Shown: positions 38,901 through 52,533 of the stretch, one piece after another
Numbering within the stretch: position 1 is the stretch's first letter
Layout: each line of letters opens with the position of its first letter
DNA from: Octopus vulgaris
Taxonomy: Eukaryota
Assembly (NCBI GenBank): GCA_951406725.2
Contig: OX597815.1
Coordinates: 173,352,001-173,416,000 of the forward strand
DNA: 64,000 nt
Direction of reading: 5' to 3'
Translations under genes and position numbers: made by a program
Notes under the pieces: model-generated
What the model saw: only the letters and a program-made list of their open reading frames with translations
Told to the model about the DNA's origin: nothing
Database searches by the model: none

Positions 38901-39894
38901 TTGAATTTTGTCAAAATTTATGAGCTTATTGATGGTTAAAATGTAAAATTAAATATTGAATGTTGAATTTGTGAATTACTCAAGTAGTCCATTAGCTGCC
39001 TATATGCCATAAGTTAGCTGGAATCATTAATTCTCAAACTATGGCATTTGAAATATAAATTCAAGAAGGACATGATTGAATTGGGATAAAATGTTACTGA
39101 ACCAAAGTTGACGAGTGAATAAATCCATTTCATGTGGATGCGGATCAATAAAAAAACAAAAAGATCAAAAGTAGTATAGTTAATTATATGACATATTCTT
39201 TACTTTCCCTTCTTTAGCTCTTTTCAAATAGATAATGAGGCTGGAGGGGAGAGAGAGGAGGCATATTTTTCCAACTTCTAAATATGTGACAAAAAATTTT
39301 GGCAAACAGTTTTGAAGTTATAAACAGCAATGTTATATAATTTTTTTCTCAGTGAGAACAAGCATGAAATAAATAATGAAATCACATCATGTGATTGATT
39401 TTTCTAGAATTTTCAGCTGAAACTTATAAATAATGCACAAGATGTATTATACGCAGTGATTTCCAGTTGAATAAAATAATTTTCCAACATCATTGTAAAA
39501 TAATTTCCACAAAATGCAAGTAATTTTGATTTTATATGTTGCCTTTACTGTTCAATATGAACTTGGTAAAGAGATACCATCACCCAATAAATTTCAATAT
39601 GTTGGGAACATGATTTTAAGAAAAAAAAAAAAATTACACATTCCTAAAGTTGATAAAATCAACTTATACAAAAAGGGTTTCATTACTTCCTGATATAATT
39701 CCATGCAAAGAAATACAGGATATTCTAAACTGTATACAATTTAGTAAACCAATATATTGTCTGTCTTTATATACATTTCAAACACTTTATATACATTTCA
39801 AACATTTAGGAGTCAAATATATTTTTAATAAGTTTATCATGACATAATGAGGAAATTTGTTAACTAAAGATTAAATGAACAAAATGTCACTTAC

Positions 39895-40084
39895 CCTAAA
39901 CTGTTCTAAATATTCTCGACATAAATCATCATTTTCCAACACTTCCTCTTTGCTTGTATGATCTGCTAGCTGACAGTAGCTGTTCTCCACCACAGCCATC
40001 CAATTGAGAAAGCAATCTAGAGCATGATGTAACTGTTGCATAGAGTTGCGGTTAGATTGGAGAGTTTGCCACTTGTTAGTCAAT
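39895..40084 (-). CDS. DMD: Dystrophin internal coding exon, equivalent to human DMD exon 55 (spectrin repeat)
   Basis: Minus strand reads cttttgtttctcag|ATTGACT...TTTAGG|gtaagtg; 190 bp, phase 2 to 0, and joins the 55160-55314 exon in frame. LTNKWQTLQSNRNSMQQLHHALDCFLNWMAVVENSYCQLADHTSKEEVLENDDLCREYLEQFR aligns without gaps to human exon 55 as recalled (VSEREAALEETHRLLQQFPLDLEKFLAWLTEAETTANVLQDATRKERLLEDSKGVKELMKQWQ, 190 bp). Confidence 0.93.
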
Positions 40085-41569
40085 CTGAGAAACAAAAGAA
40101 AAAAAATCATGGTAAGGCTACTGAAATATAAGGCAAGGGTGAGAATGTGAAGAGCAGAGAAAAAAGTGTATCAAATAATAACATGTAGTCTAAACAGATG
40201 ACTAAATTAGTTTTAGTATGAAAGAAGATTCAATTTCATTCAAACAACAGATACAATGATTAAAAATCTGTTTATTTTTAAAAAGAAATACAATTTAATC
40301 CTTTTTGGAAAGAGATTAAGTTTTTTTTTTTTTTTCAGTTGTAGGCTATTTCCTTTTATAATTATCTTGGAAATGGATCACAGAGAAGGTATGTCTTAAG
40401 CATTTCTGCTTTTTATTAAAATTGAGTAAGAAATTAGGATAACTTAAATATCAGTTTTCTAACACTTTGTCAATTTGTATCTTCCCTTTGCATCTTTTTA
40501 TCCTCCTCTTGCACAACAGAAAATGCTAAACTGGCAAAAATGACCATTCCGAAATACAACAACATGTAAAATATTATGGTCTTTTACTCTTGATCCAAAT
40601 CTTAATAAATGCATAAACCATCTCAAAATATTTTTTTCTTTAAGAATAACTTTTACATCAATAAAATAAATAAATAGAAAAAGAAATTTCAAACAGCTTT
40701 TCTACTTGAATGGAACAGTGCACATAGATTACACAATCATTGTCACTAAAATTTCTTTTCAATGTATCAAAAGGACACAGGTTTCTTATGTTAAATGAGC
40801 ATATTACTAAGTTCATATTATGGCACATAACAACTGTTTATCATTTCAAATTGATTTATATTCACACGAAACCTTTCTGAATATAGGAATTATTCATTTT
40901 TTCCAGCTTTATATAGGAAGAATCTGAATATTTTTCAATGTTCAGGATTATTCTCTTTGGAAATCAAGTTAGTTCTTTTATAGATTCTACTGTGAACACT
41001 TCAGTCTGGGACATTATTTCTCAAATTAGCTAGAGTAGTTCTAAGCATTCAATTATCATGACAGAAAAATTTTGGTAGCTAATTATCATCAAGTTTTTTT
41101 TTTTTTTTACTTTTCGCAAAATCCCTTCAGTATAATGTTCAAATGTGATACCTTTCAATGAATCAAAACAAAAACCAAGTCTACATACAAGACATGTTAT
41201 AAATTCACAGGCAATTTTATCTATTAAATTGAATAATTCTTATCTAAACTTATTTTAAAATGATTGAATTTTATGAAAGAAAATGAAATCATTTATCATG
41301 AATCAAGAATTCACTTCATTATTATAAAATCATTGACTGCTAACAAAATTCACAAAAATTTAAGCAAGAACATATATTTCAATCACTGAGATAAGTCAAA
41401 TAAATAGGAATTCAATTAGTTTCAATTGATAAAATAAAATTATGAGTAATTGTCATATTTGTATACTTGATATCATACATGGTTTCTACAGTTACTAGAA
41501 CTTGAAAAGTATTAAACATTCATGTTAAACCATCTTAACTCATTTTTAATGCACAAATCCAGTTACTTT

Positions 41570-42560
41570 TGCAACCCACTATTCCTAGAAGGGTCATTAG
41601 AGTAGAATTCTTAAGCATCTCCTTTCTCAGGGTCCAGTCAGAAACAACCATTATTAAACTTTCGAACTGCATTCTTAGTATGACCAACTAAGACTATGGA
41701 TATTATCCAACCATTTTACATGTGGATCTCCTGCTAGTTGGGTTGGGCTGAAAAATTTGTCGTGTGATCCTTTCCTACAGCATTCTAATCACATATCTTT
41801 AGTAGCAGAGTTATGACCTCTCAATGTGGAGAAACAGTGACTTGACCAGAAGAAACTCCCTGATCTCTGAGCTATGCACCCTGTCAAGTAACATTACTTC
41901 AGAGATTCTTTCCAGAAGCCCCATTTTAGCTGCTTGTCTTCACAATCGTACTCTTTCAGTCATAAACCAACATGCATAAAACCATCTCACTCTCCTTTAA
42001 CACATGGACATAAATGATAAATAGGAGCTGAATTGCAGAGTAAGAGATATGATTATAGAATTTATTACTAATAGTTGTGTATTTGCTAATGATTGTAGTA
42101 TATGTTAAATTATCAACTAGGGACAAATGCCTGTATATATATTATCATCACCAATTTTACAACTGCATTTCCATGTTTGCATGGGTTCTTTCCATTTGAT
42201 GCATTCTTTTGTAAGATCCAAAATCTTGAGCTCAGCTTTTACCAGATCTATGTGTATCTTCTTTAGTCTTCCTCTGTTACAGTTTCTTCCAGTTGGATTT
42301 CCTGGCGTTTCTTTTATCCATCTGTTATCATTTATGGACATATGCCTGTACCAATGCAGCCTTCATTCTTGCTTATTACAACTAATTCCTCTAACAGTGA
42401 GTTTATCACTCAGCTTATTTGCATTACACATCCAGCAGAACAGGCTTGCTTCATTTCTCTCCAACTTCTGTATTCAGTGTCCATGCCTTACTATTGCACT
42501 TCATGCATAAGCAATGTACAAGCTACCGCTTGCCTGAGAAAATCTCATTGTAGCTAAATG
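41570..42560 (-). mobile_element. Two degenerate RTE LINE 3'-end fragments (~41570-41990 and ~42140-42560)
   Basis: Minus-strand peptides such as KLERNEASLFCWMCNA, RLHWYRHMS and GRNCNRGRLKKIHIDLVKAELKILDLTKE resemble the RTE ORF2 C-terminus seen at 62200-62500. The left fragment is more weakly supported. Confidence 0.58.
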
Positions 42561-42969
42561 AAGTATTAGTTTCCCGGACTTCCCCACTCTGTTTTTATTC
42601 TGACTCCTGTCTTCATAGCACCTCACTTCTACAACTGAGTAACAGAAGCTATCAATAACTTTTATAGAACTTTCCCAGAATTGAAAGAAATTTATTTTAT
42701 TACTGCTCTATCAACTAACTCTCCCAGTACATATCCCACATACAAAGTCTCTTCATTCACTGTCAGCCTAACTGTGATCCTGGTATACCTGCTGTGTATC
42801 CATGCACTCAAGTGTACATATTTCTCTCTGTGTATACTGTGTAGCTCCTATCTACTCCTTGCAATATAGCAAAAAGTATTAAAAAAATGACAGCAATGTG
42901 AACAATAAAAATAATCATATGTCAGGAATAATGTTAGCAAATTTCAAGAAGCATAGAATTATTGAAGGA

Positions 42970-43356
42970 CTAGCAGTATCGCCCGGCGTTGCTCAGGTTT
43001 GTAAGGGAAATAACTATAAAGCATTTTTAGAGAGTTATAGCCAAAAAATAGCAAAAAAAATGGAAAAAAAATTATGGTAAATTTTTTTTTGAGAGTAAAA
43101 AAAGGTTGAGTTGCGTCCCCTAGACAGTCTGTGGTTTGTTTTTTTTGATTCTTGACCCCATGTCGAATTTATCGATTTTTTTCAGAACTGGGGTTAACTT
43201 TTCAAAATTTTCGCTGCGTTAGTTTTGAATTATGACATTGGGCTATGTGTGTGTCAAGTTTCATCAGAATCGGTTGAAAGCCGTGGTCAGGGTGAGGGTA
43301 CGAGAAAACAGACACACAGAAACACGCACAGACAAACTGCCGTTTATATATAGAGA
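42970..43356 (-). mobile_element. Complete non-autonomous Helitron (387 bp) with family A 3' end
   Basis: Minus strand A|TCTCTATATATAAACGGCAG, (GT/CT) microsatellite, ...cctgagcaacgccgggcgatactgCTAG|T; inserted between A and T with no TSD. Confidence 0.85.
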
Positions 43357-46309
43357 TACAGTGCCCTAACAGCTAAAACTCAACACAAGCACTTTGTTTT
43401 ATGCTTCAACAATTCTGAGCATGAAAAAAATGTTTCTGAAAGTCATGCATACAGTGTTAGTTTTTAAAATTTTGTAAGTATGTCCATGGATGATAAAAAA
43501 GGTGTCAAAGTTTTGCAGGCTTCTATATGTTGATGCTTTAGTATGTTACTTTCTAGAGAAGCAACACTTCAAGACATGATAAGCAACTGACGTGGTATTC
43601 ATCTGGTTGCTCGTCTACTGGTTTTCCAGTAGACTAATATTCAGGACAATGGGGGTGGGGTGGTAATTCCCAACTGGAGACAAAAACTTTAAGTTTAGAT
43701 GTACCATATACAGCTTCAAATGGATAACTGGTGAGTGGCTGTGAAAAGTCTTACTGAGTGATACTGATGCATCTTCGGTGTTTTTGAAGTATAATAAAAA
43801 TGTCGTTCAGCCAACACAGATGATTAGTGATGATAATGTCTAGGTCACATTCACCTGTAGACTTCATAAGGTTCGTTGTTGTGGAATAAGTAGGTAGATT
43901 CAAGTATAACGTTCCTTATTTCTTCTCTCTCTCTGGCTGCCACATCAATATACTTTTGAGTGAAATAACTCATTTTATGTTGTGTATGTTATTACACACA
44001 CCCTACATATAGCATTCTTTTGTTCTATCTCTGTACTACCCCCACCACCACTAAATATACCTATGTTCTCTTTTTGCCCATCACTTTGCTCCATATAATC
44101 CCCCTCCCTTCATAGAGAGGGGGGGTTATACAGAACAAAGTGTTTTTTTAAGAGTATCATAGATATATATAGGTACATGCATATTAATGTTATAAATTAT
44201 TGATTTGTAACATTGCCACAAAATCATAAACTTAGTGAGAGAGGTATAATCAATTACAATGGCCCTAGTACTTGACTGATACTACATTTTATCAACTGCA
44301 GAAAGATGAAAGTTAAAGTACCTTGGTGGGATTTCTTAATTATTCTTTGTTTATTTACTAATGATTATAACACATGTTAAATTATAAACTAACTGAAAAT
44401 ATCTGTATATGTAAAATTATCAATTATTTGCAACATTTAAAGTTTGTGACTGTGTGGCCTATATATCTGCATTACCACCAGTTCCACTGATCTTAACAAC
44501 ACTGACAATCTAGTTTACCCAACTATCACAAGGCTAACAAAGTTTCCTTGGCAACTAAATGATGACTCCTACCTACATCACGGAAACAAGTCAATGATAG
44601 CCTTAAAGTGATGCTCAACCTTTTACAAATAGCAGCCTAATGAAGACCAGTTAGAATAAGACTTTTCAGTTAGAGTTGATCTGGAGCTAAGCAATATCAT
44701 GGTGGCAACTACACTCCTAGCTGTCTCAGAATAACACTTCAAGCACCCCTGTCTGTCTACACAGCAGAGACAGTCTTTTATTCTGGGCTGTCATAGACTA
44801 CAGTAGAGAGCTCATGATAGTTAAACCAAATCCCTACATAATGGAGAGACATGGTTTGATTATCACAGTGACAGTTGATTGAACATTATAAGAAAATCAC
44901 TTGGAGGAGAGACTCTGCAAGTCTAAGCAAAAATAATTAATCTCGATGGAAAGAAAAAAACTGATACAAAATGGAGAGGAAATTTTATGCCCTGTTGCTT
45001 TTAATTATCACCTTGAACCTGCAAACTAAATCTCTTCCCTATATCATAGAGAGATAATGGTCTCTCAGACTTAGCAAAGGTAATCCACAAGTATATGAAA
45101 AGTATTCTTTCCTAATTGTATGGAGATGTCCAGGAGAATATAACAATTGATACAGGGTAATATAGGGATTTTTAAGTCTTGGTGGACAAGCTCTCTAGTT
45201 CCAGCAGCATGATAAACCACAACGTGTCCCTATTGTAAAGAGCTTAGTGGTAGGTAGGGAATCCACCTATAAAAACCATTTGCAAGCTGCAGCAAATTCA
45301 ACCCATTTAATAAGGCAATAAATCTGAATAAAAACTGATAGAAAGAAGGGAAATGTTCTAGTTTTAGCAGACAACCTGTCTGGTGCTGGTCTCACAACAA
45401 AATGCACTTAGTCTATACGGTAATATGGTTTGGCTGTAGGAAGAGTATTTAGTCATAAAAACCATGCCAAAGGATAACAAAGTAAACACAACAACAAAGC
45501 TTGATAGTTTTCTTTGTAAGCTTGTATGTATTTATGTATGTATTAATAGGTTGCAGAGAGAATTTAAAAATAGTTTACAATGTGTAATTAAATAGTATTC
45601 TCTAAGTCATAAATGCTTATGCTAATGTCATATCCATTAAATAAATAATTATCCATGAAAATATACACGTATGCTCTGTAAAGTGTTGGAATCTCTCAAC
45701 ACAAATGTGATTGTTAGTGATATGTCACCAACAATCTGTTTGTAAAGGAACAACATGGTGCTGCATCATACAAGGCAAATTTTCTTACCTCTACAGAGCT
45801 CTAGAATGAAATACTTGATACAGATCACTCATATAATTCATACTGTCATAGCATTTTGATTCAGAACTTTACCAGAAATTTCTAACAAAACTTTAATAGT
45901 ACAATGCTTGATTTATTTAAATAAGTTTAGGCAAACTGAAACATTCTCATCAAATGAAAGCCTATATCCTTGAAACTGTCAAAAAAGTAAAAATATTTGT
46001 ATTATAAAAATTCTTAGGTCTATCAACACACTGAAGAAAAAGAAAAAATAATAATTTGGATGTCAACACAAGTCAACCACAGAACTTTTCCTATACTTTT
46101 CAAGACTAGAGTGAGACCTCACTTGAAATATGGTAGCATAATTTGAGAAAATATAATATCATTTGAGTTACACTGGTAGAAATGTTCAAAGGACCACCAC
46201 TAAATTGATCGAAAGCTTGAAGCAATGCGTTAAATGAAAACTATTTGCAAGGTTTTTAATGTATAAACCTATGAAGATGTATCAGTATGTACCTTCTATG
46301 TATTGCCTA

Positions 46310-46953
46310 CAAAGGTGGCCTGAAAAGTTCATAGGCTGACTAAGAAGGAGTGATGCTAGAGCCGTGAAATCTTTGATGCATTAATTTCAATTCTTCTTAT
46401 TAACTGCATTGTTTCTTTCCATCTCACTGTTCAAAGAAGATTTCAAAAGTAACTTGTAGCGACTTCTCTTGAAAATGGACAAAAGTTGGCATTGTGGTGT
46501 TATCAAGTACCTACAGAAAAAGGTTTTAGTACCCAAGGATATTCATACTGTAACATTAGGGGATGACACTCTAGCTTTATCAACAGTGCAAAAGTGGGCA
46601 GCTGGAAGGGAAAGTTTTCTGTACAATGAATTTGTCACGACAAAAGTTTCAATGGTTGCTGTGTGTGACTGTGGCTTTGAACTGGTTGATCACCCTCACT
46701 ATTCTCCTGATTTGGCCTCATCTGACTATCATCATTTCCCCAATATGAACCCCTCCTCCCCACTTAGCTGGGAACCAGTATTGCAGTGAGGACATTATAT
46801 CTAAGTTGATGACTTTTTTGATCAACAAGATGCAACTTTGCCAATGGAAGAAGTGTGTGGGGTGCAAGAGGGACTATGTTGAAAATAAACCCCATTTATT
46901 ACATTCAATGAGAGCATCTTGATTAGCTTATGAACTTTTTCAGCTGATCCTTG
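46310..46953 (+). mobile_element. Internally deleted mariner element
   Basis: TA-flanked inverted termini (ctgaaaagttcataggctga / ttagcttatgaactttttcag). Residual transposase joins an N-terminal HTH fragment (STVQKWAA) to a C-terminal fragment ELVDHPHYSPDLASSDYH. Confidence 0.82.
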
Positions 46954-47877
46954 TATATCAAATAGAGATAATGTGGCAAGCAACAAAGAAGCCTAGAAAA
47001 TGTTACAATAATCATAATATTAGAGTGAAACTAAATTAAACAAACGTCATTGAAAAACCAAAATCACAAATAAAAGAATATTAACCTATCATCTTACAAC
47101 ACATTTTAATACACATATAACCATACAAGAAAATTAACCCTTTAACAAATGTCATCTTAACACACACATTCATGCAGACATTATACTTTTAAAGATGTTA
47201 TTAATAATTTTAAGAAGATAAAGTTTAAAAATGAAATAACAGAAATAAAACTCCTACAAAATATTGATTTCTTTTGATAATCAAATGAACAGTATTTCAG
47301 TAGTGGAATGGGAACCCAGAAAGCCAAAGTAGTCAATAAAGAATACAGGAGTAATTAGAGCAGATAAGAAATAGTTAAAAAGCATGAATAATGGTTCATA
47401 AACTGGATTATTGATCAGCAACCAGATGCAATATGAAGAGTGTGTAGAAAGGATAGTTCATTGTTATGACATAATTTCTTTTTTTTGTTTTTGTATTTTA
47501 TTTATGAAACATAGTTTTTAAAGAGTACAAGAAAATTTTGCAATTAATTCTACTTGGAAGGAAGCTATTACTTGATACAAAATGCCTTGTAGTAAGTATC
47601 CTCTTCAAAAATAAAAACTTACCCCCTTTTTCTTGGTTTCATTAAGGTTTTAAGATAAGACTAGTATTGGAGCTGCTAAGTTAGCAAGGAGTCAGACTAC
47701 CAGCAGAAATGGCCAACGGTCAGTATTTTGTAAATAGCAGTGAAGTGAATTCAAGGCAAAGAATATTTAACTCATGGTTAATTCCATCTAATTGTAAAGA
47801 TGTACCACAGTTCACTACTGTATGGGGAAGATTTTGATAATGTGGGAAATGATCTTAATCACATAGGTATAGTTTAA

Positions 47878-48089
47878 CCCTTTTGATACCAACCCGCCTC
47901 TGGTTCTGTAGTACAAATGTCTTGTTTTCAAAAGTTCTGAATTAAAATCTTCCACCAAACCTTAGTCACAATTTATGTTCCTAACACGAGCTTAATGATA
48001 AACTGAATTATTTTACTAATTCTTTGTTATATTTAAAATTAATTGAAAGAAACACAGAGTATATCAACAGAAATATGGTAACAAAAGGG
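47878..48089. mobile_element. piggyBac-type MITE (212 bp)
   Basis: TTAA|cccttttgatacca ... tggtaacaaaaggg|TTAA; 13/14 TIR match and TTAA duplication. Confidence 0.88.
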
Positions 48090-49424
48090 TTAAGGGAGAA
48101 GGTTCCACAGATTGACTTCACCAATACTGAGATGAATTTTTACTATTTTTTAGTCGATAAAGGAAAGTCATATTTATATATTCTAAATAGCAAAATTCAC
48201 TACACAACTCTTTTGTAGGAGTAGCAAGAGTACAAGCATCAGAGTGTACCTTCATTTGTTGTACAGAAAAGGATTTAGCAGAATTATGATCTTATGCAGT
48301 CAACATTGAATGCACAAAATGTAATGGAATCATTGGAAGACTAACAGAAAACCAAAAATGTAGCAACATAAGAAGGTTTATCAATAAAACTTAAGTGAGG
48401 TGACTATAACTTTTGCTATTTAGGTGGTATAATTATAGCTGCTAGTAACTAGGGCTTACATGACTGGAAGGATTTAGAAAACAGTTAACTAACATAGTTT
48501 GCAGTGAAGCATTTCTGTGTATATGAAACCATTTAAATTTTGAACATGATTACACAGCCTATGTAATTTTCAGGATAATCAATAACTAGAGGGAAGGTTT
48601 GGAAAGATAACATTTTTTTAATTTAATAATATAAAACAATGTTCAAAGTTTGATCTAGTAAAAATCTCAAAATTTGGGATTTAATTTAAATATGAACATC
48701 AGCATTTGGTGTCAATGCTGGTCTTGAACAAATTGGTACAAAAGGGCTAAATCCTACATAATCATGGTAAAGTAATTTTAGAGTTATAATTTAAAGTTAA
48801 AAAGAAGTCACATATGGGCTTAACTAAAGAAAATTATTATACACTAAAACTATATAGTTTATTTGCTGTATAATACATTCTACAATGATTCCCTCTAGTT
48901 TATTATCAAACACCAGTGCCAGTATGTTAGCATTTATGACATCAATAATACTGAAGAAACTTAGAACTGAATCCTATTCAGCCAATTATAAAATTAATCT
49001 TATTTAATAACAAAATTCTATTATCGCAAAAATGCATTCTCATATTTATCAACTTATTTGTGGTGTAAGGCTTTCTGTATCTATTGAAAGCTAATATGTA
49101 TATGAGCCATGAATAAGAAATATTGCATGGTAGTAAAGGTGCAAAATCTGAAGTGATTTTTGAGGATCTGTGGGATATGTTACAATTATGCAAAAAAAAA
49201 AAAAAAAGAAAGAATACAGCTGATTTGAAAAAAAGATTAATAGATGTATGCACGGGCAGTGATTCCTTTACTTTTGCTTATATGATACTCAAAGAAGAGT
49301 AACAAGGATAATCTAGAAACAAGATCAAATTTAAGAAAATTAGGCCACACAAATACAAAAGTTGAAGGATTGAGATGAATTGAGATTCCTGTAATATAAT
49401 CATTGACAACATGGAATAAAAATA

Positions 49425-50392
49425 AAAAGGCCATCAATTTTAGAGGAAGGAGTTTAGTAGCTGATGCCATCAACACTAGTATTTGACTAGTTTTTATTTT
49501 GTCAACCTTGAAAAAATGAAAGGCGAAGATGGTCTTAGCAGGATTTGATCTCAGAATGCAAAGAGCCACAATGCATTTTGTCCAACACTCGAACAATTCT
49601 ACCAGCCCACAGCCCTACTACTATCACCACCACCACACAACTACTAATGATAATAATCTTTTTAATATGGTCACAAGGTCTGAAATTTGGAGCGAGGGGT
49701 CTTGTTGATGCACCAATCCCAGTGATCAACCAGTAGTTATTTCATCAACCCTAAAATCATGAAAGCAAAGCAAACTTCAGTGGAATTTGTACTAATGTAA
49801 AACCAGAAGAAATGCCATTAGACATTTTGCCTAGCTTGTAAATAATTTTACCATCTCATGCACTACTACTACTACTACTACTACTACTAATAATAATAAT
49901 AATAATGATAGTGCTGATTATTATTGGGTTCTTGGGGACAGCATCAGAAGGCATCAAGAGGAATATAAAGGAAATCAGAATAGAGTGCCTAGTAGAACTG
50001 TTACAAAAGGTTTGCTGCCTTGGCATGGCCAGAATAATCAGGAAAGTATTAGATAGTTGAAAAGAACAGGCTGCATGGTACTGTAGGCTGCAGACAGCAA
50101 GCCCACTATGCATGCAAAACTTCAGGAGTTCCAACAAAACCCGAGTTAAAAAAAGAACAACAATAATAATAATAATAATACTTTCTACTATAAATACAAG
50201 GCCTGAAATTTTTTGGAGAGAAGGCTAGTTGATTACATCAACTACAGTGCTTAACTACTATTTATTTTATTGATCCGAAAAGACGAAAGGCAAAGTCAAC
50301 CATGGCAGAATTTGAACTTCGCATGTAAAACCAGAAGAAAGGCCACTCAGCATTTTGTCTAGTGTGCTAACAATTTTTCAGTCACCACCTTA
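49425..50392 (-). mobile_element. Cluster of three degenerate MetaSINE-like copies (~49425-49600, 49660-49860, 50180-50392)
   Basis: gaaaggcaaagtcaacc..ggcagaatttgaact motif repeated; same family as 14930-16110. Confidence 0.7.
49908..50160 (+). mobile_element. 5'-truncated R4/Dong-like non-LTR retrotransposon 3' end within (TAA)n
   Basis: IVLIIIGFLGTASEGIKRNIKEIRIECLVELLQKVCCLGMARIIRKVLDS* (stop 50058-50060) resembles the IGALG...LQK..LLGTARI.RKVL C-terminus of restriction-like-endonuclease R4-clade ORFs; (TAA)n lies on both sides. Confidence 0.68.
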
Positions 50393-51263
50393 ATAATAAT
50401 AATAATAATGATAATAATAATAATAAAATGATGATAACATTAATGATGATGATGATGAGGAAGCGGGGGAGGAGGACATAGTGACAATGATGTTTGAGGT
50501 GGTAATGCATATATTCACATGTTGAAAACATATAAACCAGATAAATGAAAATTCCATTCATGACATGGAAAAACAGTTCCCTGGTCAGTGACTGAAAACT
50601 AGTAATTCAATCAACAGGAAACCAGCCAACAATAAAGCCATATAAACACTCAGCTAACTGGTTTGAAGCTAAAACTGAATTTTTTTTTTTTTTTTAGTTC
50701 CATTTTGGAATCTCAAGTCTTGAAAGGCAGGATGCACTAATGTAAAAGATCAATAATATTAAAACACTATAGCACATGGATTCAACCTTGCATTTTTACA
50801 TTTCATTTAATAGCTTGTCACTACACAAATTCATTAAATGTCCTCATAAAATTTTCTCACCTGATGCAATGCTAAAAATTTTAAAAGAAAAACACACTTG
50901 CACATATAATGTCATCATTCTTGTCACATTGGAGTATATAAGAATATTTTAATGACAATCATACATTCTAAAATTGTAACCAATTATTCAAGTCTTTATA
51001 TAACAGTAAAGTAATAGAATCAGGGAGTGACAACAGCCAAGAGTCAGCATACTCTGATAAATATTTTATACGTCTTAAATTGATAATAAACAAGCAAGTA
51101 TAATCGGAAATAAACAAGAAATTCTTTAAAGAGTAAAATTCTCAATAAAGACATATATTTCAGAGGTTAAAATAACAAATTCAACAAATATGAAATTCAT
51201 CAAACAAAAAACTTGATTTTTGGGTCCCCACCCTCACCGTTTACAAGATTATATTATGAAATA

Positions 51264-52533
51264 TTAGGTTATTAAGAATGAAATGTCTAATTTTCTTATG
51301 CACCAAGTTTGTCATTAACTCTAATGTTTTATCCTGACAATTCTTTGTAACATCATCACTTTTCGAAATGTAATTCATGGTGTCTGATTATATTGTGAGT
51401 TTTCTCTAGTAAATCAATTTTTGTGAACCCATGGGTAGATAAAAAATTGGAGTTGTTTGTGAATATGAGTTCCATCATAGAACCAATGCATCTCAGGCAG
51501 CCCGAAACATCAATGGGGTGTTTGGTGAAGATGTGGCAAATGAGTGCACTGTATGTCGATGGTTTGAGAAGTTCTGGTCTGGTGATTTTACCCTTGAAAA
51601 TCAGCCCCAAGGTAGACCTGAGACCAAAGTGAATAATGATGAGCTGGAAACTGTAGTGGAAGTGGATACATCTCAAACTACATGTGAGTTAGCAGCAAGG
51701 TTTGATGTTTCGATTCCAACTGTATTGGACTTTGTGAAACAAATTGGCAAGGTAAAGCAGCTGAACAAGTGGGTACCACATAAACTGAATGAGCATCAAA
51801 TGACATGTCATCTTGAAACTTGCTGTTCTTTACTGTCATGGCATAAAAGCGAACCATTTTTGTATCATATTGTTATGTATGATGAAAGATGACTTCCTTT
51901 CAACAATAGCAAGCATTCTGCACAGTGGCTGGATAGAGATGAAGCACCAAAACACAATCCAAAAACAGAATATTCACCAATAAAGCTATAGTGGATAACA
52001 CCAGCGCTGTTTGGTGGTCCAGTGCTAGTGTCATCCACTATAGCTTTATGAGACCCGGTATATCAATTACAGCAGATGTATACATCAACTAACTGGATGA
52101 AATGATGAGTGAAATTGCAACTAAACAACTGAGATTGGTCAATAGAGACAGGCCAATTCTTTTGCAAGACAATGTTCGACCACATGTTACACAAAGAACA
52201 CTACTCAAGTTACAGGAACTGAACAAGTACTCTGTCATTCACCATATTCATCAGACCTTGCACTAACTGACTATCATATTTTCCAGGCATTAGACAACTT
52301 TTTGCAAAGAAAGAATTTCAAATCTGAAGAAGATGCAAAAACAGTCTTTCATGATTTCATCACCTCATGCTCTCCAGAATTCTTTGCTGCTGGCATAAAT
52401 AAGCTACCGATAAAATGGCAAAATTGTATTGATAATTTAGGTGCATACTTTGATTAACTGCATTGCCTTTTGTTGAGATAAAGTAAAATAAACTTTGAGT
52501 TCAAAATCAGACATTTCATTCTTAATGACCTGA
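51264..52533 (+). mobile_element. Full-length (1270 bp) decayed mariner transposon
   Basis: TA|ttaggttattaagaatgaaatgtctaatttt ... aaaatcagacatttcattcttaatgacctga|TA TIRs. Motifs WVPHKL, IVMYDE (D1), LLQDNVRPH (D2), PYSSDLALTDYH (D3); contains stops and frameshifts. Confidence 0.93.

Noticed and set aside
43250-43275. CTGATGAAAC on the minus strand as a hammerhead core
   Set aside because: It is part of the ccgattctgatgaaacttg motif inside the Helitron; there is no stem II or separate GAAA partner.
44083-44141. Imperfect ~60-bp palindrome ctttgctccatataatccccct...aggggggttatacagaacaaag as a miRNA or MITE
   Set aside because: Only one copy seen, several mismatches and no TSD; it cannot be classified from the sequence alone.
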